In this document: positions 1-11,153 of the stretch, in pieces
How the letters are laid out: each line of letters begins with the position of its first letter
How positions within the stretch are numbered: the stretch's first letter is position 1
Source of the DNA: Octopus bimaculoides
Taxonomy: Eukaryota
DNA: 36,025 nt
Direction: 5' to 3'
Assembly (NCBI RefSeq): GCF_001194135.2
Contig: NC_068985.1
Span: forward strand, 69,265,514 to 69,301,538
Made by a program: the position numbers and the translations under genes
Notes under the pieces: generated by a model
The model's database searches: none
What the model was told of the DNA's origin: nothing
Seen by the model: only the letters and a program-made list of their open reading frames with translations

Positions 1-249
1 GAAACAATTCCTATCATAGTAGGTGCCTTAGGTATAATTAAAAAATACTCAGACAAATACATAACAAAAATACCAGGACTTACAAATGTATGTAAATTGC
101 ACTACTGGGTACTGCACACATTCTACGCAAAACACTTTCAATACAGTAAACATAAAAGCACCACAGCAAACCACAGCACATACCCAAGGCGCACAGAGCT
201 GCGCTCGGTAGTGAAGTGAAAGCACGTTATAAAAATAAAACTACTGAAC
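1..249 (+). mobile_element. 3' end of an R4/Dong-type (restriction-like endonuclease) non-LTR retrotransposon
   Basis: Translates ETIPIIVGALGIIKKYSDKYITKIPGL, then after a frameshift IALLGTAHILRKTLSIQ* (stop near 147), the typical C-terminus of these elements. A ~100 nt 3' UTR follows with a GCGCA/TGCGC stem (189-204) and ends in (AAT)n. Confidence 0.85.

Positions 250-319
<70 letters not shown>
250..319. repeat. (AAT)12 directly followed by (ATT)11, forming a perfect spacer-less palindrome
   Basis: Read directly; centre AATT at 283-286, arms complementary over 251-318. Confidence 0.95.
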
Positions 320-393
320 AAATATGTATGCCTTCTCTATTACTTTCTACGGATCCCAAAATTTTGAGATGCTTATAGATTTTTGTATCTGAA

Positions 394-995
394 TTACGAT
401 GCGATTTTCCATATATACATTCATCTATTGAACATACGATGTGGTGTTTCATAGACAGAATACTATAGATTTTTTTTTTTTTTTTTTAAAGTTTGAGATG
501 TTCTTAAATTTCTATCTCTTTGTAATGCTAATTCGAACCTGTCGCCGTTTCTCTCAAATATTTCATAAATTTCTATATCTTCGGTATGCTAGTTTCTCCC
601 CAAACATCTAAATTTCTATACATAAATTCGTCCCCACGCTGGAATTCTTGCGAGCTTACCTGCCTGCTTCCTCTTCGTCCACACTCTCCCCCTTCACATC
701 CAGTGCGTTTTCAGTGCTGCTGTAAGCATTCACTCGATAGGATGGTCATTCAACAGCTCTCACCAAAAATGTGTAAACCTTTTCTATTACTTTCTGTGTT
801 TACTAAAACTTTGAAATGTTTATACATTTTTATATCTTAACTACGATATGATTTTCAATAGATAGATTCCTTTACCGTAAATGCAATGTGGTATTTTATA
901 GATAGAATACTCGACTTTTTTTAAAGCTTTGAGGTGTTGTTTATAAATTTCTATATCTCAGCTATGCTAGATATCTCTTGTCGACGCTCCTCTCA
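394..995. repeat. Diverged direct repeat (~150-200 bp units about 445 bp apart) with AAATTTCTAT sub-repeats
   Basis: 394-600 aligns by eye with 840-995 (atgtggt..tttcatagacagaatact..tttttaaag.ttgag.tgtt..aaatttctat..tatgctag). AAATTTCTAT occurs at 506, 567, 610 and 945. Confidence 0.7.
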
Positions 996-1295
996 GAAAT
1001 AAACCGATCTACTGTCAGTCATGTCAACTAGTAACCCAATGAAACAGCCTGTATTATTAGACACAACAAACCCTCTACTCTACTTAACGCAGAAGCATCA
1101 CCAGTAGCTCAACCAACAATCGTAAATCTGCCATCATTTGTTGTTTAAAAGAATCAAGTGAGACAATGTTAGGACAGCTAGACATTATAGTAATAATATA
1201 AGTATAGTAATAATTGTGAAACTACAGTAGTGAAGAAGTAAATGATAGAATAAGTAATAGCAGTGAAATTATAATACTGAACAAATAAATAATAA

Positions 1296-4200
1296 CCCAG
1301 ACTGATAATTACCCAGAATAATTAACAAGTGGTGTTGTGAAACCATCAAGTCGGTGGCGATTAAACTGTCAACCCAACTAAGCTATGGTGAGGAGGGTGG
1401 GTTTTCGACACTCTGCGGTATTAAAAATAAAACCCGTAGAAGGGCAGAGGAACTCAGAATTGCCATTCCGAAAACGGGTAGACAGAACTTGTGAGCCTTG
1501 GTTGGCAGTCTGTCTAGGAGAAGGAATACATTGATTTAAAACTGTGGTATATAGGACTCGTTAGTCACAGTGGTGGCAACCTCTCAGTGTCCAACAACTC
1601 CATGCTTGGGATGAAAGCGATTGAACCGCAATTCGGGACTTGGATGAAAATAGGGGACTAACTGACGCTCAACTGTCTCCCAGTGAGAATCACGATCATG
1701 CCCCCCCCCCCCAACACAGAAATGTAAAGGGAACAGGCTCAACTAATGGGCAATAAGAGCTCTACAGTCTTGGTTGATAATCTTACTAGAGATGAAGTCT
1801 CGATAAAAATACAGATCGGTGGCTAACCTCAAAACACATACCTCAATGTTGAGTGAAAATGCCTGATACAAATGTATCAAATAATGGTGTTAATAACGAT
1901 GGAAGCAATGGTGAAAGCCTTTCGCCCAGTCGGTGTCCTGTGTTTGAGCAGTGCAAGCCCGGTCGTCATCCAGAGACTGATTGTACACCAAACCAGAGGC
2001 AGAGAAGAATGTGGGATAGGGAGGCAAACCGAAAGGTAACTGAATGCTGGATTAGGAGTGAACCAAGAAGCAGGGGATTCCTACAACGAATAAAAGCAAA
2101 ATGGAATGAAATAGGATTCTTCGAAACTAGCGAGCAGGGGTTGGCCGATCAGGCAAGAGGAATAAGAGCAAAATGATGGTTAACAGACAAGGAAATAAAA
2201 GAGATAAACAGGAAAGTAGAAGATAGAAATAAGATTTCTTGAACAGATAACGTGCCCAGAAAGAACAGAAAAGTGAAAGGCGGCGGTGAAGGAGTAGAGT
2301 AAAGTATAAATGTAAATGCATTCTCAGCAAATGAAGCAGAAGTAATACGAAGAGTTATATCACAAGAATGCGATGATGGCCATAGTGAGGACGCTGTGCC
2401 GATATACTGGAGAAGACCAGGATCAAGCACACACCAACCTGATGGACATTCATCGAGGCAAGCTCAAAGCTGAAACCGAAAATACAGATTTGGTTCTTGG
2501 GCTATTGCAGATAAGAAATATAACTGAAACTAACAAGATTATTTGAGCTGTAGCTATGGTTCATGCTGATAGATTTGGATACAAAACAAGAGAACAAACA
2601 GAACGAAAGAACCATACTGACGTAGACGAATTTGTGAGAAATAAAGTTTAAAAGACATTTAGGACAAGCAGATAAACTGAGAAGACGGGAATTGCAGAAC
2701 AAAAATATACGAATAATTCTGGAAAGAACATATAGAATAAGAGATAAATGTTATAATGTGATATTAGAAGAATTGAAACAAAGAATAGCAGCAATCAAAG
2801 CAAAACTGGAAAGATATGACAATCGAGATAAACAGTTCAGGCACACCCGATTGTTTGAAGCAAATCAGGAGGAAGTGTCTCAGGAAACTATATAGGCAAA
2901 TACACGTAACAATGATACCAGATGCAAACGAAAGCAAGATATTCTGGATAGGCATAATGATGAATCGGAGTGGCTGAATGAAATCCAAGACATGTTAAGA
3001 AATATATAAGTAAATATACAGAAACATAACTACGAAAATTATAAAAAATCCGTTAAGAAAATTCCCAAATTGGAAGAGCCCAGGACCGGATGTGGTCCAC
3101 GCGTATTAGATGAAGAAGCTGAGAGAGCTCCATGAAAGGATAGCGCAACAGCTAGATGAGAGCTTGCAGGAAAGCGCAGTACTCAGCTGGATGACAAAGG
3201 GAAAGACATTGTAACGTGCCAAGGATCCAAATATAGAAATGTTGCATCCAAATTTAGACGAATAACGCGCCTTCCGCTAATGTGGAAGATAATGTCTGGC
3301 GCTTTGGCCAGTGAACAATATAGATACTTGGAAAAAGTGGACTGCTATTAAACAGAAAGGGTACCGAAAAACAGCCGGCGAATGAAGAATCAGCTCTTAA
3401 TTGACAATCTAATTGTCAAAGACTGAAAGAAGAGACTTACAAACCTGAGCTTGGCATCGGTTTACTGCCAAAAACATACGATGTAATACCACACTCCTGG
3501 ATAAATAGAACAATGGAAATGTATGGAGTAGCAATAAATTTCAGAAGCCTTACATGGAATAGAATGAAATGCTGGAGAACGGAATTAACAGCAGAAAAGC
3601 ATGTACTAGGATAGGTGAACGTCAAGAAAGGAACGTTCCAGGGGATCAGTGTGTCACAACTGATATTTGTGCTGGGAATAATCCCCTTCAGTGAAATACA
3701 ACAGAAAACAAAGTTGGGGTATGATCTGGGTAGAGGTAAGGGGAAACTGAAACACTTTCTATTTGTGGACGACCTGAAGCTATTCACAAGCCTGAGGCTG
3801 AACTGGACAGCGGATTTTCTCCAATGGCTTTAAGATGGAGTTTGGACTTTCAACATGAGTTACAATTGTGATGAGAGGACAAAAGGCATATAGCTGCCAA
3901 GTGGTGAAATGATAAATGCAATTCAACCTCAATCCAGTTATACATACCTGGGAATACTTGAGGCAGATGGGATCAAACACCACATGAAGGGAAAACAAAA
4001 AGAGCGTACTTCCAGCAAGTAAAAAGTATATTGTCTCCAAAGCTGAACGCCAGAATCATAATTCCGGCAATAAACTCGCGCACAGTCTCAGTTGTTAGGT
4101 ATGGCGCTGGAATGTGGACAGAAGAGGAGCTCAATGAGACCGACATGAAGTCAAAAAAGCTTCTAATGATGCATGGAACCCATTCATCCACATGCAGGCA

Positions 4201-4800
4201 TTGATCGCATATACATGGAGGAAGGGGACTGATAAGTGTGGAAGACTGCGTGCATATCGAACTCGTCAGCTTAATGAAATACTTAGCCTAAAGTAAGGAA
4301 ACCTTGCTAGTGACAGTTAGGAACGAAGAAGTATTGAGAGCAGAGAATAAAGGGAAAGTTAAGGAAGAAGTACAAAAGTCTATGAATAAGAAGTACAGAA
4401 GAGGAGGTTACACAATCAATTTCATGTGCACTACACATACTATATAGTTGATGCTGCATGCTCCTTTGACCCACGAATAGTCAAGAACGAAGGCGAAAAT
4501 GTAAATACATACAACCCTCTTAAATACGGAATAGTCCGTCTATGGAAAATGAAGGTGAAGATAGTGCCAATTATTGTTGGGTCCTTGGGAACACTATCAG
4601 AAGTTATCGAGCGGAATATAAAGGAAATTGGAATATATTGCCCAGTAGAACTGCTACAAATGTTTTGCCTCTTTGACATGGCCAGTATAAGCAGGAATGT
4701 ATTAAAGGAATAGCTAGGTATCGTCGGCTGCAGGTAGCAAACCCGCTACCCATTCAAGAGTCTAGGAACTCAAACAAAACCGGTGATAAGGAGAAAAAAA
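1296..4800 (+). mobile_element. Near full-length, decayed R4/Dong-type non-LTR retrotransposon
   Basis: N-terminal PGRHP..W...N.KV.ECW..SEP...SEQ.LADQAR.I block; ILEELKQRI..LERYDNR.KQF...RLFE.NQ block; RT motifs KGTFQG.SVSQLIFVL and HFLFVDDLKLF; endonuclease C-terminus DAACSFD.RI..VPIIVGSLG..ASISRNVLKE*; short 3' UTR with A-rich end. The 5' boundary is approximate. Confidence 0.85.
1641..4713 (+). pseudogene. Disrupted single-ORF polyprotein (RT + restriction-like endonuclease) of the R4/Dong-type element
   Basis: ORF-track pieces 1853-2176, 2692-2895, 3615-3833 and 4426-4713 are collinear domains separated by stops and frameshifts. The CCHC knuckle region is missing after LHNQF (~4410-4430). 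Confidence 0.8.
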
Positions 4801-5871
4801 TATGAACAGCTATAAAAAAAGCCATAGTTGATTACGTAAGGGAATCAAGGACTAGTTTAATCCATCATTCGGATTAAATCTTGCAATCGATACAGCCGCG
4901 AAATGTTTAATACCTTACATAATCAGTATGCATTATGTAACCCGTACAGGAAGATATTTAACAGATTTGTCAAAGCTAGCCTAATCCTCAAAATTTGATA
5001 TTGCCCAGCATATAACTAGAATCAATAAGAGAAATCAATACAGTCTATCCTCAAATTATATGAACCCTCGGTTTAATAATCTAAATAATAACAATTATAG
5101 ACCGATATTTTATCATCAGAATAATAAGGTGCAGTGTAGCTCAGTAGTAAATGTGAACACTCATTCAAGTAAATAAAGTCTGTAATTTCAGTAATATATC
5201 TTCGTGTCTGTTTTATGAATGTTGCTTTTGTATAAAAGTTATGTACATTCACTTGGACATATGTATGTTTCTACAATGGCTACAGATAAATGGAATAAGT
5301 TTAAACGTATTACAACCATTTTCGTAGCGTTATTGAAAGGAATAAAGCTAACTTCACATCTTTAGCTAATTTTCAATGGATGCTTGATCCTCCTTATAAC
5401 TATACCGATAATTAAAGTAGTAACGTGTAATCTAGTGTGATATAGTTACTACTAGTTATTCTTAAATGTAATCCCCTTAATTTACTTTATTTATGCACAC
5501 ATACGTATGCATACGAATATGTATGTTTCGATACACGTAAGCAATACTGCAATCTCTTTTGGTCAATCTATATTATAATGATTGAAGAAGTGCGGAACTG
5601 TGTACAGTACGTTATGTACTTTTCAATATATTTCTGCTCTTTCGATTGTTTAGTATTTTGCTCTGAATTTCTATTGATTTACGGTTATTGCTTTCTTTAA
5701 GCATGCCATATATCGTAACCTGCGGAATACATTTGTCTGTGATATATAATGAGCCTGCTTACTATTGGTAAAATAGCTGATGTATTGACCGACCACGAAG
5801 AGCTTTAAAGTTTAGCCTCTTAGTTTGATTATAACACATTTATATAATGGGGTATACATACATATATATAT

Positions 5872-5881
5872 NNNNNNNNNN
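5872..5881. other. Assembly gap (N) between TA and TG microsatellite stubs
   Basis: Run of 10 N. Confidence 1.
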
Positions 5882-6280
5882 GTGTGTGAGGGTTCTGTAA
5901 TATCAATTATATAACTGATATGTAACAGATTTAATTTACATTATTTACATTATTTACATTCGACGGATATTTGTCCTCAACTTATTTGTTGTTAGCACAA
6001 ACGCTTCGCCATTATCACCGGTAATAGCCAATATATACATGGAATACTTTGAGAATTTGGTTTTAGGATCAACACCACTAAAACCAACACTATGCTTACG
6101 ATGTGTTGATGACACCTTTATACTCCGGCCCCACCAGGAAAATGTCCAAGTGCTGTTAGATCATGTGAACTCAATAAAGTCATCCATACAGTTCACAATG
6201 AAAAAGGAAAAAGACAAGCAGCTGGCATTCCTGGACATATTAATAACACGCAAAAAGTATGGATCCAGGAGATCCGTATA

Positions 6281-8555
6281 GAACCGTACTATCTAATCGG
6301 TACGGAGCCCATATTAGACTTCAATAGAGGCATATTGAGAAACTCCATAAAAAAAAACTTGCCCGTCTTTTAAACCATCTAACTTTCTTATGGAGATGTA
6401 ATAACACCCGTCGATAGAATATAATGACACCAGTCGATTCACATAAAGCTAAAAGAGTAGCGGAAAAGGAAGGACACACCCTCGTCCGCGAGAGGATCCA
6501 TTACAACAGTTGGAAAAAACGTCAACTAAATACCGAAATCACAGATAGGTTCTCTTCATTACTTAGAAAAATAAACAGAGATGATGATAGAAAGTGAATC
6601 CAACAAGATCTGGAAAATGGTACATGAAAGAATTTGAAATGGTGAAGACACGCCAAATTTAAAAAAAAATATGAAACTCAAAGGTCAGGGAGTGAAGACT
6701 GAAGTCCGTCACCCACCTGTGAGAGCGGTAATTAATTTAAGTAGCCTACACGTAGAAAGCTCTGAAGAAGCAATACTGCACAAATGTCTCAACTTTGCGA
6801 CAACCATCAAGCGTATTCCATAGTTGGACATAATAGCCCCTATTGAAGAGATGGCCGTAAAGATACGAAAAGCTCAGAGAGATGAACTAAGGTGGAATGT
6901 GAGACAGCTACTAGAAAAAGCAAAATTTCGTAAACCAGACATCACTAATCGAGAAAACTTCGCTACAGAGTGACAATTCCATCATAATACTTCCAGTGGA
7001 CAAGGAAAATGCTACAGTGGTGATGAACAAATCTGACTACTGTGAAAAATTGGTAAGTTTTATAAGTGATTTTAGCTACAGCAAAGAAAATAAAGACCCA
7101 GCTCTGTAACAGAGAGGAAGTTGTCACAGATCTTGATCAAGAAAAAGGATCACTTTACACCAATCAACTAGAGACAACTGATTCAACACCACACATGTAC
7201 AGTCTCCATAAGATTCACAAGGATGGTATTCCATTTAGAACTATAGTGAGCTTTAGAGGTTCAGTATGTCATCCATTGAATCGCTTCCTTGTGGATATAA
7301 TCAGTACATTAGGAGGAAAGTCAACATCGTACGTGAAGAATACCATCCACTTAACAGAATTGATCAAAGACACCCCCATTGAATCCAACCACATGGTGAG
7401 TCTAGATGTGATAAGTCTATTCTCGAAAGTCCCAACTAGTGAAGCACTATCGGTGATACAAGAAAAAAACTAGTGACAGACACCCATCTAAAAGTATGTA
7501 CTAGTATACCAGTAAGAAAATTGATGGAAATGTTGACCTTCTGTGTAGAAACTACCTACTTCAGTATGGACACTGATATATATAGACGAGAGGAGGGTTT
7601 AGCTATGGGTTCACAATTATCACTGGTAATAGCCAATATATACATGAAATATTTGAGAATTTGGCTTTAGGATCAACACCACTAAAACCAACACTACGCT
7701 TACGATATGTTGATGACACTGTTATACTTTGACCCCACCAGGAAAATGTCCAAGTGCTGTTAGATCATGTGAACTCAATAAAGCCATCCATACAGTTCAC
7801 AATAGAAAAGGAAAAAGTCAATCAGCTGGCATTCCTGGAAGTATTAATAACACGCACCAAGTTTGTATTCAGGACATCCGTATACTGCAAAACTTCAATT
7901 CCCACCATCCATACTGTGTAAAGAGAGGGATTGCTCAGTGCCTAAAATATCGTGCAAAGAATATAAGTACGGATACACACCACGAGGAAATGAACAAGCT
8001 CAATAACGATCTGTTAAGCAACAACTACCCCAAAACTATACTATCCACTCCAATTATAAAGAAGAGAGAGGATGAGGCCAATAAACTGTCCGCAGTCTGT
8101 CCACCCTATGTGAGAGATATCTCCCAAAAGATACAAAAGATGTGCGTCCCATATGATATCAGGAAATTATACAAGAGTAATACATTTCTCAAATATCTCC
8201 TTCGAGTAAAATCACCAATAGAAGAGAATATGAGCAAAGGCTGCAGCTGTGGTAGGTTATACAAAGGCGAAACATGTCGCCCCCTCAACATAAGGGTAGA
8301 GGAACATCGCAAAGGTGTAACACGAGGAGATATTGATAAATAAGGTATAACTGATCATGTATGGGAAAATGGAGACCACCCCTTTCTGTGGGATGAAGTT
8401 AAAATAATAGGCAGAGAACACCACGGAAAATACGAAAACTAAAAGAAGCAGCACATATGCTAGGACACAACAACCTCCTAAGCGGACCGAGTGCAGATAT
8501 GAGCAGCATATGGGAACCGGTATTATGGAAGGATAGAAAAATATTAGATATATAA
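6281..8555 (+). pseudogene. Frameshifted Penelope-like ORF (N-terminal domain, RT, GIY-YIG)
   Basis: N-terminal RYG..EKLHKKLARLLNHLTFL.RC block at ~6290-6400; ORF pieces 7066-7473, 7473-7670 and 7729-8343. The first (GIY-like) half of the endonuclease motif is deleted before CSCG; terminal stop at 8553-8555. Confidence 0.8.
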
Positions 8556-8656
8556 GCCCTAAGATTCACTCCATAATTTCCCACGAGCATATTGCGTAGT
8601 GATTAAGAAAGCAGGTTACTAACCCCAAGATTCCGAGTACTATTCCAAGCAAGTGA

Positions 8657-8660
<4 letters not shown>

Positions 8661-8704
<44 letters not shown>

Positions 8705-8723
8705 TAATAATAACAACAACAAC
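8661..8723. repeat. (AAT)n/(AAC)n microsatellite inside the 3' terminal region of the Penelope-like element
   Basis: Read directly. Confidence 0.95.
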
Positions 8724-8763
8724 ATCGAAAAATGAATAAGAACCCAGGTTCGATATTTCCCAA

Positions 8764-8809
8764 GACACTTGAAGAATGGTGGAGGGAATATGAGCCGAAA
8801 CGTTGTGCT
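8764..8809 (+). ncRNA. Decayed minimal type I hammerhead ribozyme in the Penelope terminal repeat
   Basis: GACAC-TTGAAGA-(ATGGTG..AGCC)-GAAA-CGTT-GTGCT: stem I CAC/GTG, core one base from CUGANGA, weak stem II, GAAA, palindromic AACGTT giving a GUU triplet. The position matches where Penelope-like elements are known to carry such motifs. Confidence 0.6.
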
Positions 8810-8954
8810 AACAAGAAATAAGATGAGGACAAATATCAGTCGAATGTAAATAACGTAAATAAAGTACATAATTCCTTATCTCTTAAATATATAACTGTAA
8901 GATTTAAATTAATGGAAAAGTCTATACACCCCGCTTCATTGCTCTTATCTGATC

Positions 8955-9009
8955 TATATACACACAGGGATATATATACACACAGGGATATATATACACA
9001 CAGGGATAT
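8955..9009. repeat. 18-bp minisatellite (ATATATACACACAGGGAT) x3 running into a gap
   Basis: Read directly. Confidence 0.9.
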
Positions 9010-9201
9010 NNNNNNNNNNNNNNNNNNNNNNNNNNNNNNNNNNNNNNNNNNNNNNNNNNNNNNNNNNNNNNNNNNNNNNNNNNNNNNNNNNNNNNNNNNN
9101 NNNNNNNNNNNNNNNNNNNNNNNNNNNNNNNNNNNNNNNNNNNNNNNNNNNNNNNNNNNNNNNNNNNNNNNNNNNNNNNNNNNNNNNNNNNNNNNNNNNN
9201 N
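9010..9201. other. Assembly gap (N)
   Basis: N run, followed by (TA)n(TG)n at 9202-9265. Confidence 1.
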
Positions 9202-9210
9202 ATATATATG

Positions 9211-9244
<34 letters not shown>

Positions 9245-9532
9245 CGTGTGTGTGTGTGTGTGTGTACATATATATATAATTTCAATTGAATCAATTAAGT
9301 ATATATTGAATTTTATTTCTAAAATTAAGGAACTGTGCATGAAAACAGCTATAGGTAGGAGTTTCTATGAATGAATTTGAATATATTTTAATTAAAACAT
9401 CTGTACGTACATTTTTATCCATTTTCGTCATTTTCTGATTTAAAGAGGTTTACATATATATTTGTGTGTGTGTGTGTGTGTGTGTGTGCGTGCATGTGTG
9501 TGTGTGTTTGTGTATGTGTGCATGTATATATG

Positions 9533-9697
9533 TACTCTTTTACTCATTTACTTGTTTCAGTCATTTGACTGCGGCCATGCTGAGGCACTGCCTTTTAGTC
9601 GAAGAAATCGACCCCAGGACTTATTCTTTGAAAGCTTAGTACTTATTCTATCGGTCACTTTTACCGAACCGCTAGATGACAGGGACGTAAACACACT
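9533..9697 (-). mobile_element. 3' half of a SINE (head lost in the gap)
   Basis: Minus strand reads gatagaataagtact..gaataagtcctggggtcgatt..cagcatggccgcagtcaaatgactgaaacaagtaaatgagtaaaagagt. It shares the ataagt/ggggtcgat core with the other SINEs here and has a short repeated tail; it resembles a common octopus repeat from memory. Confidence 0.7.
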
Positions 9698-10340
9698 NNN
9701 NNNNNNNNNNNNNNNNNNNNNNNNNNNNNNNNNNNNNNNNNNNNNNNNNNNNNNNNNNNNNNNNNNNNNNNNNNNNNNNNNNNNNNNNNNNNNNNNNNNN
9801 NNNNNNNNNNNNNNNNNNNNNNNNNNNNNNNNNNNNNNNNNNNNNNNNNNNNNNNNNNNNNNNNNNNNNNNNNNNNNNNNNNNNNNNNNNNNNNNNNNNN
9901 NNNNNNNNNNNNNNNNNNNNNNNNNNNNNNNNNNNNNNNNNNNNNNNNNNNNNNNNNNNNNNNNNNNNNNNNNNNNNNNNNNNNNNNNNNNNNNNNNNNN
10001 NNNNNNNNNNNNNNNNNNNNNNNNNNNNNNNNNNNNNNNNNNNNNNNNNNNNNNNNNNNNNNNNNNNNNNNNNNNNNNNNNNNNNNNNNNNNNNNNNNNN
10101 NNNNNNNNNNNNNNNNNNNNNNNNNNNNNNNNNNNNNNNNNNNNNNNNNNNNNNNNNNNNNNNNNNNNNNNNNNNNNNNNNNNNNNNNNNNNNNNNNNNN
10201 NNNNNNNNNNNNNNNNNNNNNNNNNNNNNNNNNNNNNNNNNNNNNNNNNNNNNNNNNNNNNNNNNNNNNNNNNNNNNNNNNNNNNNNNNNNNNNNNNNNN
10301 NNNNNNNNNNNNNNNNNNNNNNNNNNNNNNNNNNNNNNNN
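9698..10340. other. Assembly gap (N)
   Basis: N run followed by (TA)n. Confidence 1.
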
Positions 10341-10374
<34 letters not shown>

Positions 10375-10820
10375 TATACCTATATATACATTGTGTGTAT
10401 ATATTTGTGTGTATGTATATGTGTATATGTTTGTGTGTGTATATGTTTATACGTACATGTATATATTGTTTATAAAAGTAGAGTAAACGTAAAACGCTTT
10501 CTTTATTATGAAATTCACAAGGAATTATTATATTAAGAACTCCTTGTTACATGCACTGAAAAGGACATCGAAATTTGGTTTCTATAACAGTGTTCAATTT
10601 GCATGAATTTTCGGAGTTATGTTACTAGAGATAAGATTTTCATGGGGCCTGTCGAAAATGGTGCAGTGGAGTTTGCTTCTGTCAAAATATGTATGGTCCA
10701 CTGAGATACCACAACCGAATTGGTTAGCGCTAATCTTATTTGTCAGTCAAATGAAATTGAGATTATGTACCGAATCCCTTATTTTGTGCCAATAAACGAT
10801 ATATATGTGGTATCTTATAG

Positions 10821-11153
10821 AGGATTATAGTCGATTAGAGTGAACCCAGTGCGCAACTAGTACTTAATCTATTGACCCCTAAGGGATCAAAGGCAAGGTC
10901 GACCGCGGCGGTATTTGAAGTCAGAACGTAAAGAGAGACGAAATGCCGCTAAGCATTTTCGCCCGGCCTGCTAACGCTTGTGCAAGCTCGTCGCCTTTGG
11001 CCCGGCCTGCTAACGCTTCTGCAAGCTCGTCGCCTTTCGCTCGGCCTGCTAACGCTTCTGCAAGCTCGTCGCCTTTGGCCCTGCGTGCTGAGGTTCCTGC
11101 CAGCTCGCCGCCTTTGGCCCGGCGTGCTGACGTTCCTGCCAGCTCGCCGCCTT
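10821..11153 (-). mobile_element. tRNA-derived SINE (family A) with five tandem copies of its 5' head
   Basis: Minus strand: ggcggcgagctggcag head, gcttagcggcatttcgt, B-box-like gacttcaaatac (gagttcaaattc in other copies), then ggtcgac..atccc..ggggtc..taagtac core. Homologous to copies at 12062, 12345, 31985 and 33164. Confidence 0.85.
10960..11153. repeat. Tandem array of five 39-bp units (SINE 5' head)
   Basis: Units start at 10960, 10999, 11038, 11077 and 11116; no spacers. Confidence 0.95.

Larger units (their letters stand above)
5934..8899 (+). mobile_element. Penelope-like element (RT + GIY-YIG endonuclease), decayed, with inverted terminal tail
   Basis: RT motifs IHKDGIPFRTIVS, MVSLDVISLFSKVP, EGLAMGSQLS.VIANIYM, RYVDDT, QLAFL, NFNSHHP; endonuclease CSCGRLYKGETCRPLNIRVEEH..DHVWE. 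5941-6008 is the reverse complement of 8796-8862. Confidence 0.9.

Noticed and set aside
3437-4679. Minus-strand ORFs overlapping the long retrotransposon (also 18013-19084 on the plus strand)
   Set aside because: Antisense shadows of A-rich retrotransposon coding sequence with no independent protein signal.
8566-8869. Poly-Tyr and poly-Leu ORFs
   Set aside because: Translations of the (AAT)n microsatellite.
8836-10475. Long ORF-track entries containing X runs
   Set aside because: Artefacts of reading through N gaps and dinucleotide repeats; the same applies to 20277-22772.
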